Below, piece after piece: positions 17,489 through 26,077 of a stretch of DNA of 64,000 bases. Position 1 is the stretch's first letter. Every line of letters begins with the position of its first letter. The stretch is taken from contig CAZTIP010000001.1 of the NCBI GenBank assembly GCA_964613185.1, positions 52,716-116,715 on the forward strand, given 5' to 3'. A model generated the notes under the pieces. It had not been told where the DNA came from and made no database searches. It saw only the letters and a program-made list of their open reading frames with translations. This DNA comes from Candidatus Woesearchaeota archaeon. Its GTDB lineage: Archaea; Nanobdellota; Nanobdellia; Pacearchaeales; GW2011-AR1. The position numbers were made by a program, and so were the translations under genes.

Positions 17489-17502
17489 AAAAATAAATAA
17501 TT

Positions 17503-17904
17503 TTAACGGAAACTCGTTTGTCGCATACTTCGAGCTTTAGAGTCTCCAGGTTTACAAACTTCTTTTCTCCGAGTATCTGCAACAACCAAATTTCTGTCAT
17601 AAGCAACAAAAATCTTTTTTAATTCGTCATCACCTGTAAATTTAAGGATAGCCTTTGCAATCGCAAGTCTTCCTGCTTCAATTTGGCTAGCATTCCCACC
17701 ACCCTTAACATTCAAACGAATATCAAAATTCAATTTTCCCAAAAAATCATCTGCAATGACTAAAGGTTCGTTAATTTCGAGTTGTTGTAAATCAGATAAA
17801 AAAGCTAATGGTCGTTTATTAAAAGTTACTTTTCCAGTCCCTTCTGTAATTGTGGCCTTTGCGATGGCAGTCTTCCGTTTTCCAGAAACAACTATATTAT
17901 TCAT
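17503..17904 (-). CDS. rps9: Ribosomal protein uS9.
   Basis: MNNIVVSGKRKTAIAKATI... and a C-terminal ...KARSMRQTSFR. Confidence 0.9.
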   Translation of the reverse strand: MNNIVVSGKRKTAIAKATITEGTGKVTFNKRPLAFLSDLQQLEINEPLVIADDFLGKLNFDIRLNVKGGGNASQIEAGRLAIAKAILKFTGDDELKKIFVAYDRNLVVADTRRKEVCKPGDSKARSMRQTSFR

Positions 17905-18314
17905 TTAATCAACTCCATAATTTCTTTAATTGTCGAATATTTCATTAGTTTTTTATGGTCAAAAGTTTTAACATTTTTCAAATCAGATTCTTTCAAATCT
18001 CCATTTCCAATATGGCATTTCAATCTCTTAAATGCCTCTCTTCCCTTAGCTCTATCTCTAGGCAACATTCCACGAATCATTCGTTTCAACAACCTATCTT
18101 CTTTACGAATATATTTTGGGCCTTTCAACGAACTTCCACCACCCATTTCTCTTTTTGCAAGAATTTTTTTAGCAAAGACTCTCTTATCTCCAGAAACAAT
18201 TACCTTTTCAGAATTCAAAATATCTACAGAACCACCCTTCAAAAGTTCTTTGGCAACAAAACTTGACATTCGTCCAAAAATTGCACCTTCTCCATCAACA
18301 ATTAATTTATTCAT
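17901..18314 (-). CDS. rpl13: Ribosomal protein uL13.
   Basis: MNKLIVDGEGAIFGRMSSFVAKELLKG... Overlaps the rps9 start in an ATGA arrangement. Confidence 0.9.
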   Translation of the reverse strand: MNKLIVDGEGAIFGRMSSFVAKELLKGGSVDILNSEKVIVSGDKRVFAKKILAKREMGGGSSLKGPKYIRKEDRLLKRMIRGMLPRDRAKGREAFKRLKCHIGNGDLKESDLKNVKTFDHKKLMKYSTIKEIMELIK

Positions 18315-18667
18315 TTTAAAATATTAAAACCATTTAATTCAGGATTTTTCTTCATTTCATCAACAATATAAACAAAACTAGATTTTGCATCTTTAATTTT
18401 TTGGATTGCTTTTTCAGAGGCAGACCAAGCAACAATTTTTTTAGAACTTCCCAAATCCCCTGCACTTAAAATTTTTCCAGCAACTAAAATATCTCCCTCA
18501 ACCATATCCGCTTCTTTCAAATTAATAACTGGCCATCTCCTTTTAGGTCTTGCAAGTTCTTTAGCAACTTCAGGATTAGTTTTTTTTAATTTAATGATAG
18601 TGCTAACTAGTTCAGCATTCATTTTATGCTTCATTCTCTTTTCAATTTTGGTTTTATTTATTTCCAT
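18311..18667 (-). CDS. rpl18e: Ribosomal protein eL18 (L18e).
   Basis: Size, basic composition, and the conserved position upstream of rpl13-rps9. Confidence 0.8.
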   Translation of the reverse strand: MEINKTKIEKRMKHKMNAELVSTIIKLKKTNPEVAKELARPKRRWPVINLKEADMVEGDILVAGKILSAGDLGSSKKIVAWSASEKAIQKIKDAKSSFVYIVDEMKKNPELNGFNILK

Positions 18668-18799
18668 ATTATTTTTTAATTAAATTTTGATTTTCCGACA
18701 ACCGAATTAACGGAGATGGATTCATTGAGAGCCTGCGAACGATGAGTGAACCTTTTCAAAGGTACTTTCGAACCAAGTTCGAATTCTTCGACAACCGAA

Positions 18800-18883
18800 T
18801 GGGCGGAGAAGGATTCGAACCCTCGTAGGCACTAAGCCAATGCGCCCTTAACGCACCCCGTTTGACCACTCCGGCATCCGCCC
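18800..18883 (-). tRNA. tRNA-Leu, class II, copy A. The anticodon loop as written is TTAAGGG, which gives an unusual anticodon AAG.
   Basis: Hand fold of the minus strand. Acceptor GGGCGGA/TCCGCCC with discriminator A. Long variable arm GGCTTAGTGCC. T-arm GAGGG-TTCGAAT-CCTTC. The body is identical to the tRNA-Leu at 32986-33069 except for the 16-nt anticodon stem-loop. Confidence 0.75.
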
Positions 18884-18967
18884 GCGAATTTAATGAAAGG
18901 ATGTTGGACTCGAAGCGATTTCCCATCGCTACTTTCCGGCATCCGCCCGCGAATTTAATCAAACGAA

Positions 18968-19687
18968 TTATTTCAATACTTTAGAGACTTCAGAAAGATC
19001 AACTTTCAAAGCCTTACATGCCTCGGAAAAAATTTCCTTAGCTTCAATTTGTCCCCAAGATTCAATTGCAAAAAACAAATTCTTAGTAGGTTCAACTTCA
19101 ACCCCAGGAAATGTCTCAACATCTTCAGAATCTAAATCTGCAGTTATTGTTTCTTGAATTTTTAAATTTCCAGAAGAATCTAATTTAAATGCCTCTGGAT
19201 AAATCTCTGCGAGTTCATTTTGGAGTTCTCCTTCTTTTGAAATTTTAATTTTAGGAACATGGTGGTAAAAAATTAATCCAGGAATATACTTTGAGTGGAT
19301 AGATCCAGTTCCAATTTTAGCCTTGGCAACAATTTTAAGTTCCTGACCTTCCCCCAATAAAACAATTGGAATTTCAGGATATGTAACAATATCTCCGGAC
19401 AAATCTCCAGAAAGAACCATTGTCCCATCGGCCTTACTTTTTACATGAAGTTTAAATTCAAGAACATCATCTTTCTTAAGTTTTTGATTTTTTAAAGGAA
19501 TAAGACCTAGCCTGTGAGCGATAATTTCATCATAAAGAGAGGAATCATTTTTATAAATATCAACCTCTTCAATTGCCAAAACATTTATCTTTCCAACACT
19601 CCTTCGAACAGCATTAGCTAAACTAATATCTAAATCAGTAATTACTGAAAATCTTTCTCTGTTCTCTTCAATTAATTTTGAAACCAT
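18968..19687 (-). CDS. rpoD: RNA polymerase subunit Rpo3 (D).
   Basis: ...ANAVRRSVGKINVLAIEEVDIYKNDSSLYDEIIAHRLGLIPL... Confidence 0.9.
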   Translation of the reverse strand: MVSKLIEENRERFSVITDLDISLANAVRRSVGKINVLAIEEVDIYKNDSSLYDEIIAHRLGLIPLKNQKLKKDDVLEFKLHVKSKADGTMVLSGDLSGDIVTYPEIPIVLLGEGQELKIVAKAKIGTGSIHSKYIPGLIFYHHVPKIKISKEGELQNELAEIYPEAFKLDSSGNLKIQETITADLDSEDVETFPGVEVEPTKNLFFAIESWGQIEAKEIFSEACKALKVDLSEVSKVLK

Positions 19688-19747
19688 TTTATTTTATCCG
19701 TATATTAGTTTATAAGTTTAGTCATTTAGGCAAACAAATAATTTAAA

Positions 19748-20134
19748 CTATACTCTCCTCCCTCTTCGTCCATGAGGTTTTTTAGGTCCGCCCCGTGGAA
19801 TTGAAGTAATATCTGCCATACTTAAAATTTTAAAACCTTCTTTTGTTAATGTTCTTGAAATTGCAAAAGCTCCGGGACCAATTCCAGTTGCACCAGTTTG
19901 ACCTTTCATACGGATATAAAGTGTATTCATCCTATAATCTCTACAAATATCTTGAATTTTTTTTGCTATAAACATTGCAATTGTGGGGTTTGCCCTCATC
20001 CTATCATGTTTTGTGATTTGTCCACCAGAAACTCGTCCAATGGTATTTCCGGCCAAATCTGTGACTGTTGCGATAGTATTATTAAAACTAGCATAAATAT
20101 TCAAAATTCCTACATTGTCTTCATTTTTTGCCAT
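19748..20134 (-). CDS. rps11: Ribosomal protein uS11.
   Basis: Conserved C-terminus ...TGIGPGAFAISRTLTKEGFKI...PRGGPKKPHGRRGRRV. Confidence 0.9.
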   Translation of the reverse strand: MAKNEDNVGILNIYASFNNTIATVTDLAGNTIGRVSGGQITKHDRMRANPTIAMFIAKKIQDICRDYRMNTLYIRMKGQTGATGIGPGAFAISRTLTKEGFKILSMADITSIPRGGPKKPHGRRGRRV

Positions 20135-20691
20135 TATTTTTTATCCCCCTCATCTGAAACAACATCTTCATTAATTTCCTCAACATCACTTTCATTAACA
20201 TCTTCAGAAATTTCTCCAGTTTTTGGAGTTTTAATTTTCTTTTCTTTCAATAAAATTTTATTTTCTAAATCTAAAGTAACTATAAATGAAGGGACATTAA
20301 CTACCGAGCCATCAACAAGAACATTTTTATGAACAATTAATTGTCTTGCCTGTTTTGGGGTATTTGCTAAACCTTTTTTGAAAACAAAAGTTTCTAATCT
20401 TCTTTCCAACAAATTTTCTTCAGTAAGTGCAAGAACATCAGAGATTGTCACAACTTTAATTCCCATTTTTCCAAGCTTATCAAAAAATACTTGTTGAACT
20501 TCTGGCTCAGAACTAATCAATTGTTTAGCTCTTCTACGAAATCTAGAAATGGAAGACTTAGCTTTCCAAATTTCTCTTTTATTCTTAAGGCCATACTTTT
20601 TAACTAAAACATTTTCTTCTTTAATTCGAGTACTATCAAAAAGTTTCTTTGGCCGATTAAATAATTTCCTTTTCTTTTTTATATCTCCCAT
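20134..20691 (-). CDS. rps4: Ribosomal protein uS4, with an acidic C-terminal tail.
   Basis: ...RKLFNRPKKLFD...ISRFRRRAKQL... and an S4 domain. Confidence 0.85.
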   Translation of the reverse strand: MGDIKKKRKLFNRPKKLFDSTRIKEENVLVKKYGLKNKREIWKAKSSISRFRRRAKQLISSEPEVQQVFFDKLGKMGIKVVTISDVLALTEENLLERRLETFVFKKGLANTPKQARQLIVHKNVLVDGSVVNVPSFIVTLDLENKILLKEKKIKTPKTGEISEDVNESDVEEINEDVVSDEGDKK

Positions 20692-20692
20692 T

Positions 20693-21193
20693 TTATTTCT
20701 TTTTACCTGTCACCCCAGACTTCTTCCGATTTTTACGGAAATTAGATTTAGTTTTTTGACCCCTCACTGGAAGACCTACAGCATGACGAACCCCTCTATA
20801 AGATTTTATTTTTCTCAATCTCTTGATATCAAAATCTTTTCTCAGTTTTAGATCTGCACCGGAAATATGTTTATCCTTACCCTCTTCAAAATCTTTTTGG
20901 CGATTTTTCATAAAAGCAGGAACTGAAGGATTTTTAACAAAATCTTCAAGAGATTTTAGTTCATCCGAACTCATTTCCTGGATCTTTTTCTTTTTATCCA
21001 ATTTTAAAATTTTACAAATTGCATTAGCAAAAGACCATGAAATTCCACGAATTTTTGTCAATCCGGCAAATAACACCTTATCTCCTCGAATGTCCTTTCC
21101 AAGAACTCTTATGAGATTAACATCATCATATTCCTTTTTCTGATATTTCGCTTTCTTTTCTTCATTAGTTTCCATGTTTTTTTCGGTTGCCAT
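20693..21193 (-). CDS. rps13: Ribosomal protein uS13.
   Basis: ...IRVLGKDIRGDKVLFAGLTKIRGI...YRGVRHAVGLPVRGQKTKSNFR. Confidence 0.9.
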   Translation of the reverse strand: MATEKNMETNEEKKAKYQKKEYDDVNLIRVLGKDIRGDKVLFAGLTKIRGISWSFANAICKILKLDKKKKIQEMSSDELKSLEDFVKNPSVPAFMKNRQKDFEEGKDKHISGADLKLRKDFDIKRLRKIKSYRGVRHAVGLPVRGQKTKSNFRKNRKKSGVTGKKK

Positions 21194-21194
21194 T

Positions 21195-21737
21195 TTATGA
21201 TATGAACAGATTATTTCTCTGTATTTCTGTTAGTTCTTCCAAGATTCTTTTTTCAATAGTTTTTGCAGGGTCAGGCATATTATGAACTCTTTCCTTAATA
21301 TCTTCAAAAGATTCAAAAGGTTTTTCTTCTCGAGCATCAAGAATTGCTTGGGTATGTTTTTTGCCAAGCCCAGGAAGTAATTCAAATTGATGAAGTCGAG
21401 TATTTATAGCTTGCGCTTCATTAAAAAATTTAACAAATCGTTCCTCCCTATCTTGGATAGATTTTTCAATAATTTCTTGTAATTGAAGTTTTGCAGTTTC
21501 AGTTAACTTTTCACGGGGACATCTCCCTAAAATATATTGGACCTTTTCACGTTTGCCTTCTCCAATATAAACTTCCTCGCCAACTTCAAACTTTTCACCC
21601 CTTCGAGGAACAATTTGCAAAAGTGTAAAATTTTCAGGTCCAACTGCCTGAGCCAAAGGCATCATTTTATTTTCCAAAGGATAGCCATAGGGAAGGAAAT
21701 CTAAGATTGTTACAGTTTCTTCTTTTACCATATTCAA
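21195..21737 (-). CDS. DUF655/COG1491-like nucleic-acid-binding protein (OB-fold + HhH), in its conserved position next to rpoF.
   Basis: ...LLPGLGKKHTQAILDAREEKPFESFEDI... HhH motif. Gene order is rpl21e-rpoF-DUF655. Confidence 0.5.
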   Translation of the reverse strand: MNMVKEETVTILDFLPYGYPLENKMMPLAQAVGPENFTLLQIVPRRGEKFEVGEEVYIGEGKREKVQYILGRCPREKLTETAKLQLQEIIEKSIQDREERFVKFFNEAQAINTRLHQFELLPGLGKKHTQAILDAREEKPFESFEDIKERVHNMPDPAKTIEKRILEELTEIQRNNLFIS

Positions 21738-22036
21738 TATTTCTTGACAACATCAAGAATTTTAGTTATTTCTTCTTGTTCAAAAGAAACTTCACTAATT
21801 ACCTTATTTAATTCAGATGCATCACCTGGCATAAAATCTACAATTTTTACAATATGCGAATCCTTTAATCTTATCAAATCTAATTTTTTAAGTTCTTCAA
21901 CAAGACTCTTAGCTTTTTCAGCTGAAAGAACGTCAAAATTTTTAATGAAATCTTTGATTAATTTAGCACTATCTGAATCTCCTACGATGGAGGAAACTTC
22001 TGCCATAGTAATTGGTCTATTTTCTTGTACTACCAT
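21734..22036 (-). CDS. rpoF: RNA polymerase subunit Rpo4 (F).
   Basis: ...LSAEKAKSLVEELKKLDLIRLKDSHIVKIVDFMPGDASELNKVI... matches the Rpo4 HRDC-like pattern. Confidence 0.7.
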   Translation of the reverse strand: MVVQENRPITMAEVSSIVGDSDSAKLIKDFIKNFDVLSAEKAKSLVEELKKLDLIRLKDSHIVKIVDFMPGDASELNKVISEVSFEQEEITKILDVVKKY

Positions 22037-22284
22037 TATAATTTTTTTAGGTGAACTGGATGAATAATAAATTTTTTCTTCTTGTTCCCATCATTTAATT
22101 CAACAATTTTGAATCGTCCCCTATCTCCAATAATTTTCCCACTTTTTCCCTGGATTCTTTTTGGGAAAGCAGCACGAACACTTTTTTCAACAACAACTGC
22201 AACATCCTCTCCAATTCCAATTTTTTTAAAGTAACCACTAAGACTTATTTTTCCCTTTTTTCTAACATTTTTCCCTTTAGCCAT
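22036..22284 (-). CDS. rpl21e: Ribosomal protein eL21 (L21e).
   Basis: MAKGKNVRKKGKISLSGYFKK...IHPVHLKKL. The start was moved to the internal ATG; the ORF-track ORF begins 6 codons earlier. Confidence 0.85.
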   Translation of the reverse strand: MAKGKNVRKKGKISLSGYFKKIGIGEDVAVVVEKSVRAAFPKRIQGKSGKIIGDRGRFKIVELNDGNKKKKFIIHPVHLKKL

Positions 22285-22406
22285 TTTATAATAATACAAC
22301 ACAGAAATTCCTGCGCTGTTTCCAACTCGGACAAAATTATCCTAACAAATCAAGAAAAAGTCCATTTAAAAATGTTTTCAATGAAAAAAAACAAAAAAAA
22401 TTAAAA

Positions 22407-22667
22407 CTAAATTCCCTCAAGTTTTTCTGAGGGAGGAATTTCAACAACAACCTCTTTGGGTTCAAAACGTTTTTCCACTTCAACATTATTTTTTCCAACT
22501 TCTCCAAGGTTTAAATTCCCCTTATCTCGTTCACTTTCCATACTCTCAACAATTGCCTTAGCCATTTTTTCTCCCCAGACCTGATACATACACTTAGAAC
22601 ACATATCAACAACCGAATCAGACTGAACTTCCACAGAACAATAAATACAACATTTCACCATCTTCAT
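22407..22667 (-). CDS. Small zinc-ribbon protein (CxxC...CxxC), hypothetical.
   Basis: [14 protein letters not shown]...[11 protein letters not shown]. Confidence 0.4.
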   Translation of the reverse strand: MKMVKCCIYCSVEVQSDSVVDMCSKCMYQVWGEKMAKAIVESMESERDKGNLNLGEVGKNNVEVEKRFEPKEVVVEIPPSEKLEGI

Positions 22668-22746
22668 TAATTCTGTTAATTACTCTTTTTAAACTTTTAT
22701 GGTTTGATAAAGATAATTTTAAAAAGAAGAAGGACATAACACTCTT

Positions 22747-23565
22747 ATGAAAAAATTAATCATTTTAATGTTAATTCTTCCAATAATAAATTTCGCAAGC
22801 GCAGAGACATGTACCCCGGAAATAGTTTTATTAAATCAAGACCCATATCCTGCAATTCCGGGAGAATACGTCAAACTAGTTTTCCAAATAAGTAATTTAG
22901 AAAGTTCAGAATGTGGAGACATTGCATTTAAATTAAAAGAAGAGTATCCTATAATCTTCAACCCCGGAGAATCGGGGATAAGAAATTTTCAGGAAGTAGA
23001 TTATATTAAAGATTACAAATCAACAATCCAAATTCCTTATGAGGTAAGAATTGACGAAGATGCATTAGATGGAGAAAATTTCATCGAAGTTTTATTAAAA
23101 AACAAGAATAATGCAGAAATTTTAGAAAATTTTAATATAGAGGTAGATGATCCAAAATCTGATTTTGAAATTTATGTAACTGAGTACGACTATCAGGAAA
23201 AAAAATTAACAATAGAAATTTTGAATGTAGGAGATTCAGACATCGAAGCACTAACTTTAGAAATTGAAAAACAAAAAAACATAATCATAAAAGGTTCAAA
23301 CAGGATGGTTGCAGGAGATTTAGATTCAAATGAATACACTACGGTGGATTTTGAAGCAACCCCCTTAGATGGAGAAATTTTATTAAACATAATTTATTCA
23401 GATCCACTAAATAAAAGAAGGACGATAGAAAAAAATATAATTTTTGATTCAAACTATTTTATTGATAGGGCAAACGGAGAAGAACCAACCTCAAAAAGCA
23501 CTTACGTTTTATGGACAATTTTAATTTTAGGAGTAATTTACTGGTTTCGTAAAAGGAAAAAATAA
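22747..23565 (+). CDS. Secreted CARDB/DUF11-like repeat-domain protein, with a signal peptide and a C-terminal TM segment plus basic tail.
   Basis: Signal peptide MKKLIILMLILPIINFASA. Beta-rich tandem domains. C-terminal LWTILILGVIYWFRKRKK anchor. It neighbours the FtsX permeases, a conserved archaeal COG1361-COG0577-COG1136 context. Confidence 0.55.
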   Translation: MKKLIILMLILPIINFASAETCTPEIVLLNQDPYPAIPGEYVKLVFQISNLESSECGDIAFKLKEEYPIIFNPGESGIRNFQEVDYIKDYKSTIQIPYEVRIDEDALDGENFIEVLLKNKNNAEILENFNIEVDDPKSDFEIYVTEYDYQEKKLTIEILNVGDSDIEALTLEIEKQKNIIIKGSNRMVAGDLDSNEYTTVDFEATPLDGEILLNIIYSDPLNKRRTIEKNIIFDSNYFIDRANGEEPTSKSTYVLWTILILGVIYWFRKRKK

Positions 23566-23570
23566 GTTAT

Positions 23571-24764
23571 TTATTCATATCTTAAGGCATCTACAACATT
23601 AATTTTTGAAGCCTGCATTGCGGGAAAAACGCCTGAGATTGCCCCCGTAATTATTGCAAAAAATAAACAACCTATAAATAAAATTGGGGGAAAGGAAGGA
23701 GATAAAAAACCCCAACCGAGTTTTTCTAAAATGTTTCCTCCAAAAATAGAGACTCCCATCCCTAAGAGAATGCCCAGAACTCCCGCAACTAATCCAAGAA
23801 AACTAGATTCAAAAAGGAAAATTGAAAAAATTTCAGAGTTTTTAGAACCTAAAGCTTTCATAACTCCAATTTCCTTAATTCTTTCAAGAACTGAAGTAAT
23901 CATTGTATTTGCAGTATTCACAACAGAAACAAAAACCGAAACAAGAGCAATCAAAATTATAAAACCTATAATAATATTTAAAGAACCCATATAAGAAGAA
24001 ATCATTTCTTGAAAAGATTGGACGAAAAAATCTTCTTTGCCCTCATCTAAATTACGAACTTTTCGAAGGTTTTTTTCTAGTTTCTCAATTACTCTCTCGA
24101 TGTTTAAGGGATTAATTCTTGCAACAATCCATCCATAAGAATTATTTTCGTCAGGATAAATGTTATCTAGATAATTTTCAGATACATAAACATTCGAGTC
24201 ATCTTGAGGATTTCCTACAGGCTCATAAAAACCAACAACTTTTAGAGAAACACCCTGGACGTCAATTCTTTGATTTAATTCAACAGGCTTTGAAAAAATT
24301 TTATTGGGAATTTGATAGTTTGATCCAAGAACAACACTTTTAGAATCTCCCTTTCGAAGTTCACGACCTTCAGAGATTCCAATACCAAAAATCTCTATAA
24401 TTAAAGGAGATTCAGGATTATATGCGACAAGATAGGTATAAACACTTTCTTTTCGAGATTCCGTTTTCGCAACCTTAAAATAACTCCCACTAGCTTCAAG
24501 AACTCCGGGAGTTTTTTGAATAGTTCTCAAATCTTTATCTTCAAGTTTAAATGTAGTATCCAATCCAGGAGCCCCAATACCTCTTGCTTGAATAATCAAC
24601 TTATCTGCAGAAGAATCGAGGACAGCCTCCTGAACATAATCGTAGAGTCCAAGGCCAAAACTAATAAAGATAAAGATTGTGGAAATTCCAATAAGAATCG
24701 ACAGAATAGTTAGAGAATTCCGAGTTTTCCTATGCCATAAATTTCGCAAAGAATAGTTTATCAT
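23571..24764 (-). CDS. ABC transporter permease, FtsX/MacB-like.
   Basis: N-terminal TM, large extracytoplasmic domain, and C-terminal FtsX 3-TM block (...GVMKALGSKNSEIFSIFLFES...). Confidence 0.85.
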   Translation of the reverse strand: MINYSLRNLWHRKTRNSLTILSILIGISTIFIFISFGLGLYDYVQEAVLDSSADKLIIQARGIGAPGLDTTFKLEDKDLRTIQKTPGVLEASGSYFKVAKTESRKESVYTYLVAYNPESPLIIEIFGIGISEGRELRKGDSKSVVLGSNYQIPNKIFSKPVELNQRIDVQGVSLKVVGFYEPVGNPQDDSNVYVSENYLDNIYPDENNSYGWIVARINPLNIERVIEKLEKNLRKVRNLDEGKEDFFVQSFQEMISSYMGSLNIIIGFIILIALVSVFVSVVNTANTMITSVLERIKEIGVMKALGSKNSEIFSIFLFESSFLGLVAGVLGILLGMGVSIFGGNILEKLGWGFLSPSFPPILFIGCLFFAIITGAISGVFPAMQASKINVVDALRYE

Positions 24765-24780
24765 CTCAATTCCCTCCATT

Positions 24781-25992
24781 TTAGGAAAGTGCCTCAACCG
24801 GATTTTGTTTAGATGCGCGAAATGCAGGAATTATTCCAGAAATAGAACCAATAAGAAAACTCCCAATTAAAGATAAAAAAATTAAAAGATAATCGATTTT
24901 TAGAGATATTTCGGAACCTATAAAATTATTTATTCCCAAAATACCAAGATAACCCAAAATTAATCCAAACAAAACACCTCCAATTCCCCCTACAAGTCCA
25001 AGCAACCCAGATTCAATAAAGAATTGGAAAAAGATTTGAGAGTTTTTTGCCCCAATTGCTTTCATAACTCCGATTTCTTTTTTCCTTTCAAGAACAGATG
25101 TAGTCATCGTATTAACAATCCCAATAGCCCCGACAAAAATAGAAATAAATGCAATAATCAAAACAAAAATTTGAACCCCATTAAGAATTTCATTAACAGT
25201 TCCAAGGACTGCATCAGGAGTAGAAACTTCAAAATCTTCTTCTCCAAGTTTAACATTTCGAGAATCCCGAAGTTCATTTTCAATCTCAATCCTTGCACGC
25301 TCCATCAAATCCTTATTTTTAACCTTAACAACTATTGCATCAACCTTATCACCATAATCCATTAAATCTCTCAAAGTTTCTTCATTAACCATCACAAAAT
25401 TATCCCACAAAAAACTACCTTTCTTTTTAGCAATACCAATTACCTTGAATTTTTTATCTTGGATTAAAATCTTATCTCCAACTTTCAAAGACTTTCCAAA
25501 ATGTTCTTCATTAGAATAAAAATTACTTCCAAGGAAAACAGAGTTTGTATCTCCATCCTTTAATAACCGTCCATATTCTGCTTCAATATTAACTGCATCA
25601 TAAGCAAACTTTCTATATTTTCCAGAAGGTATAGAAACAGAAATTTTAAAATCAACCTTATCATTAAATTCTAATTTTGCAGAAGGGAGAATTCTAGAAA
25701 AAGCAAGTTCAACAGAAGGTAATTTATCAATCCTTTCAACATCATCTTCTGAAAGTGGATTGGTAACTCCACTCCCTGGAGGGCCAACATTATTCAATCC
25801 ACCTGCCTGAACCATTATGACTTCAGTAGTGCTAATCCCGAATTGAGATGCAACAGCCAATTTCAATCCAGAACCCAAACTAACCAACGAAACAACAGCC
25901 ATAACCCCAATAAGGATTCCTAAGAGAGTTAACCAAGACCTAGCACCACGATGTTTCAAATTTCCCAAAGCAAGAAAAAAATAATCCTTCAT
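24781..25992 (-). CDS. ABC transporter permease, FtsX/MacB-like. Paralog of the previous permease.
   Basis: ...GVMKAIGAKNSQIFFQFFIESGLLGLVGG... Confidence 0.85.
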   Translation of the reverse strand: MKDYFFLALGNLKHRGARSWLTLLGILIGVMAVVSLVSLGSGLKLAVASQFGISTTEVIMVQAGGLNNVGPPGSGVTNPLSEDDVERIDKLPSVELAFSRILPSAKLEFNDKVDFKISVSIPSGKYRKFAYDAVNIEAEYGRLLKDGDTNSVFLGSNFYSNEEHFGKSLKVGDKILIQDKKFKVIGIAKKKGSFLWDNFVMVNEETLRDLMDYGDKVDAIVVKVKNKDLMERARIEIENELRDSRNVKLGEEDFEVSTPDAVLGTVNEILNGVQIFVLIIAFISIFVGAIGIVNTMTTSVLERKKEIGVMKAIGAKNSQIFFQFFIESGLLGLVGGIGGVLFGLILGYLGILGINNFIGSEISLKIDYLLIFLSLIGSFLIGSISGIIPAFRASKQNPVEALS

Positions 25993-26077
25993 AAATTAAA
26001 ATGCCCGAAAGACTTTTTATATTTTCCCGATAACAATCAGAAGATAAATTAATAAACTAGGAGATACAAAACAAGAT

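Noticed and set aside
18756-18962. ORF-track ORF (68 aa, ...CRKVAMGNRFESNIL...) and its twin at 32941..33153.
   Set aside because: Both lie exactly over the tRNA-Leu genes and their structured flanks. The similar 'proteins' are translation artefacts of the duplicated RNA region.
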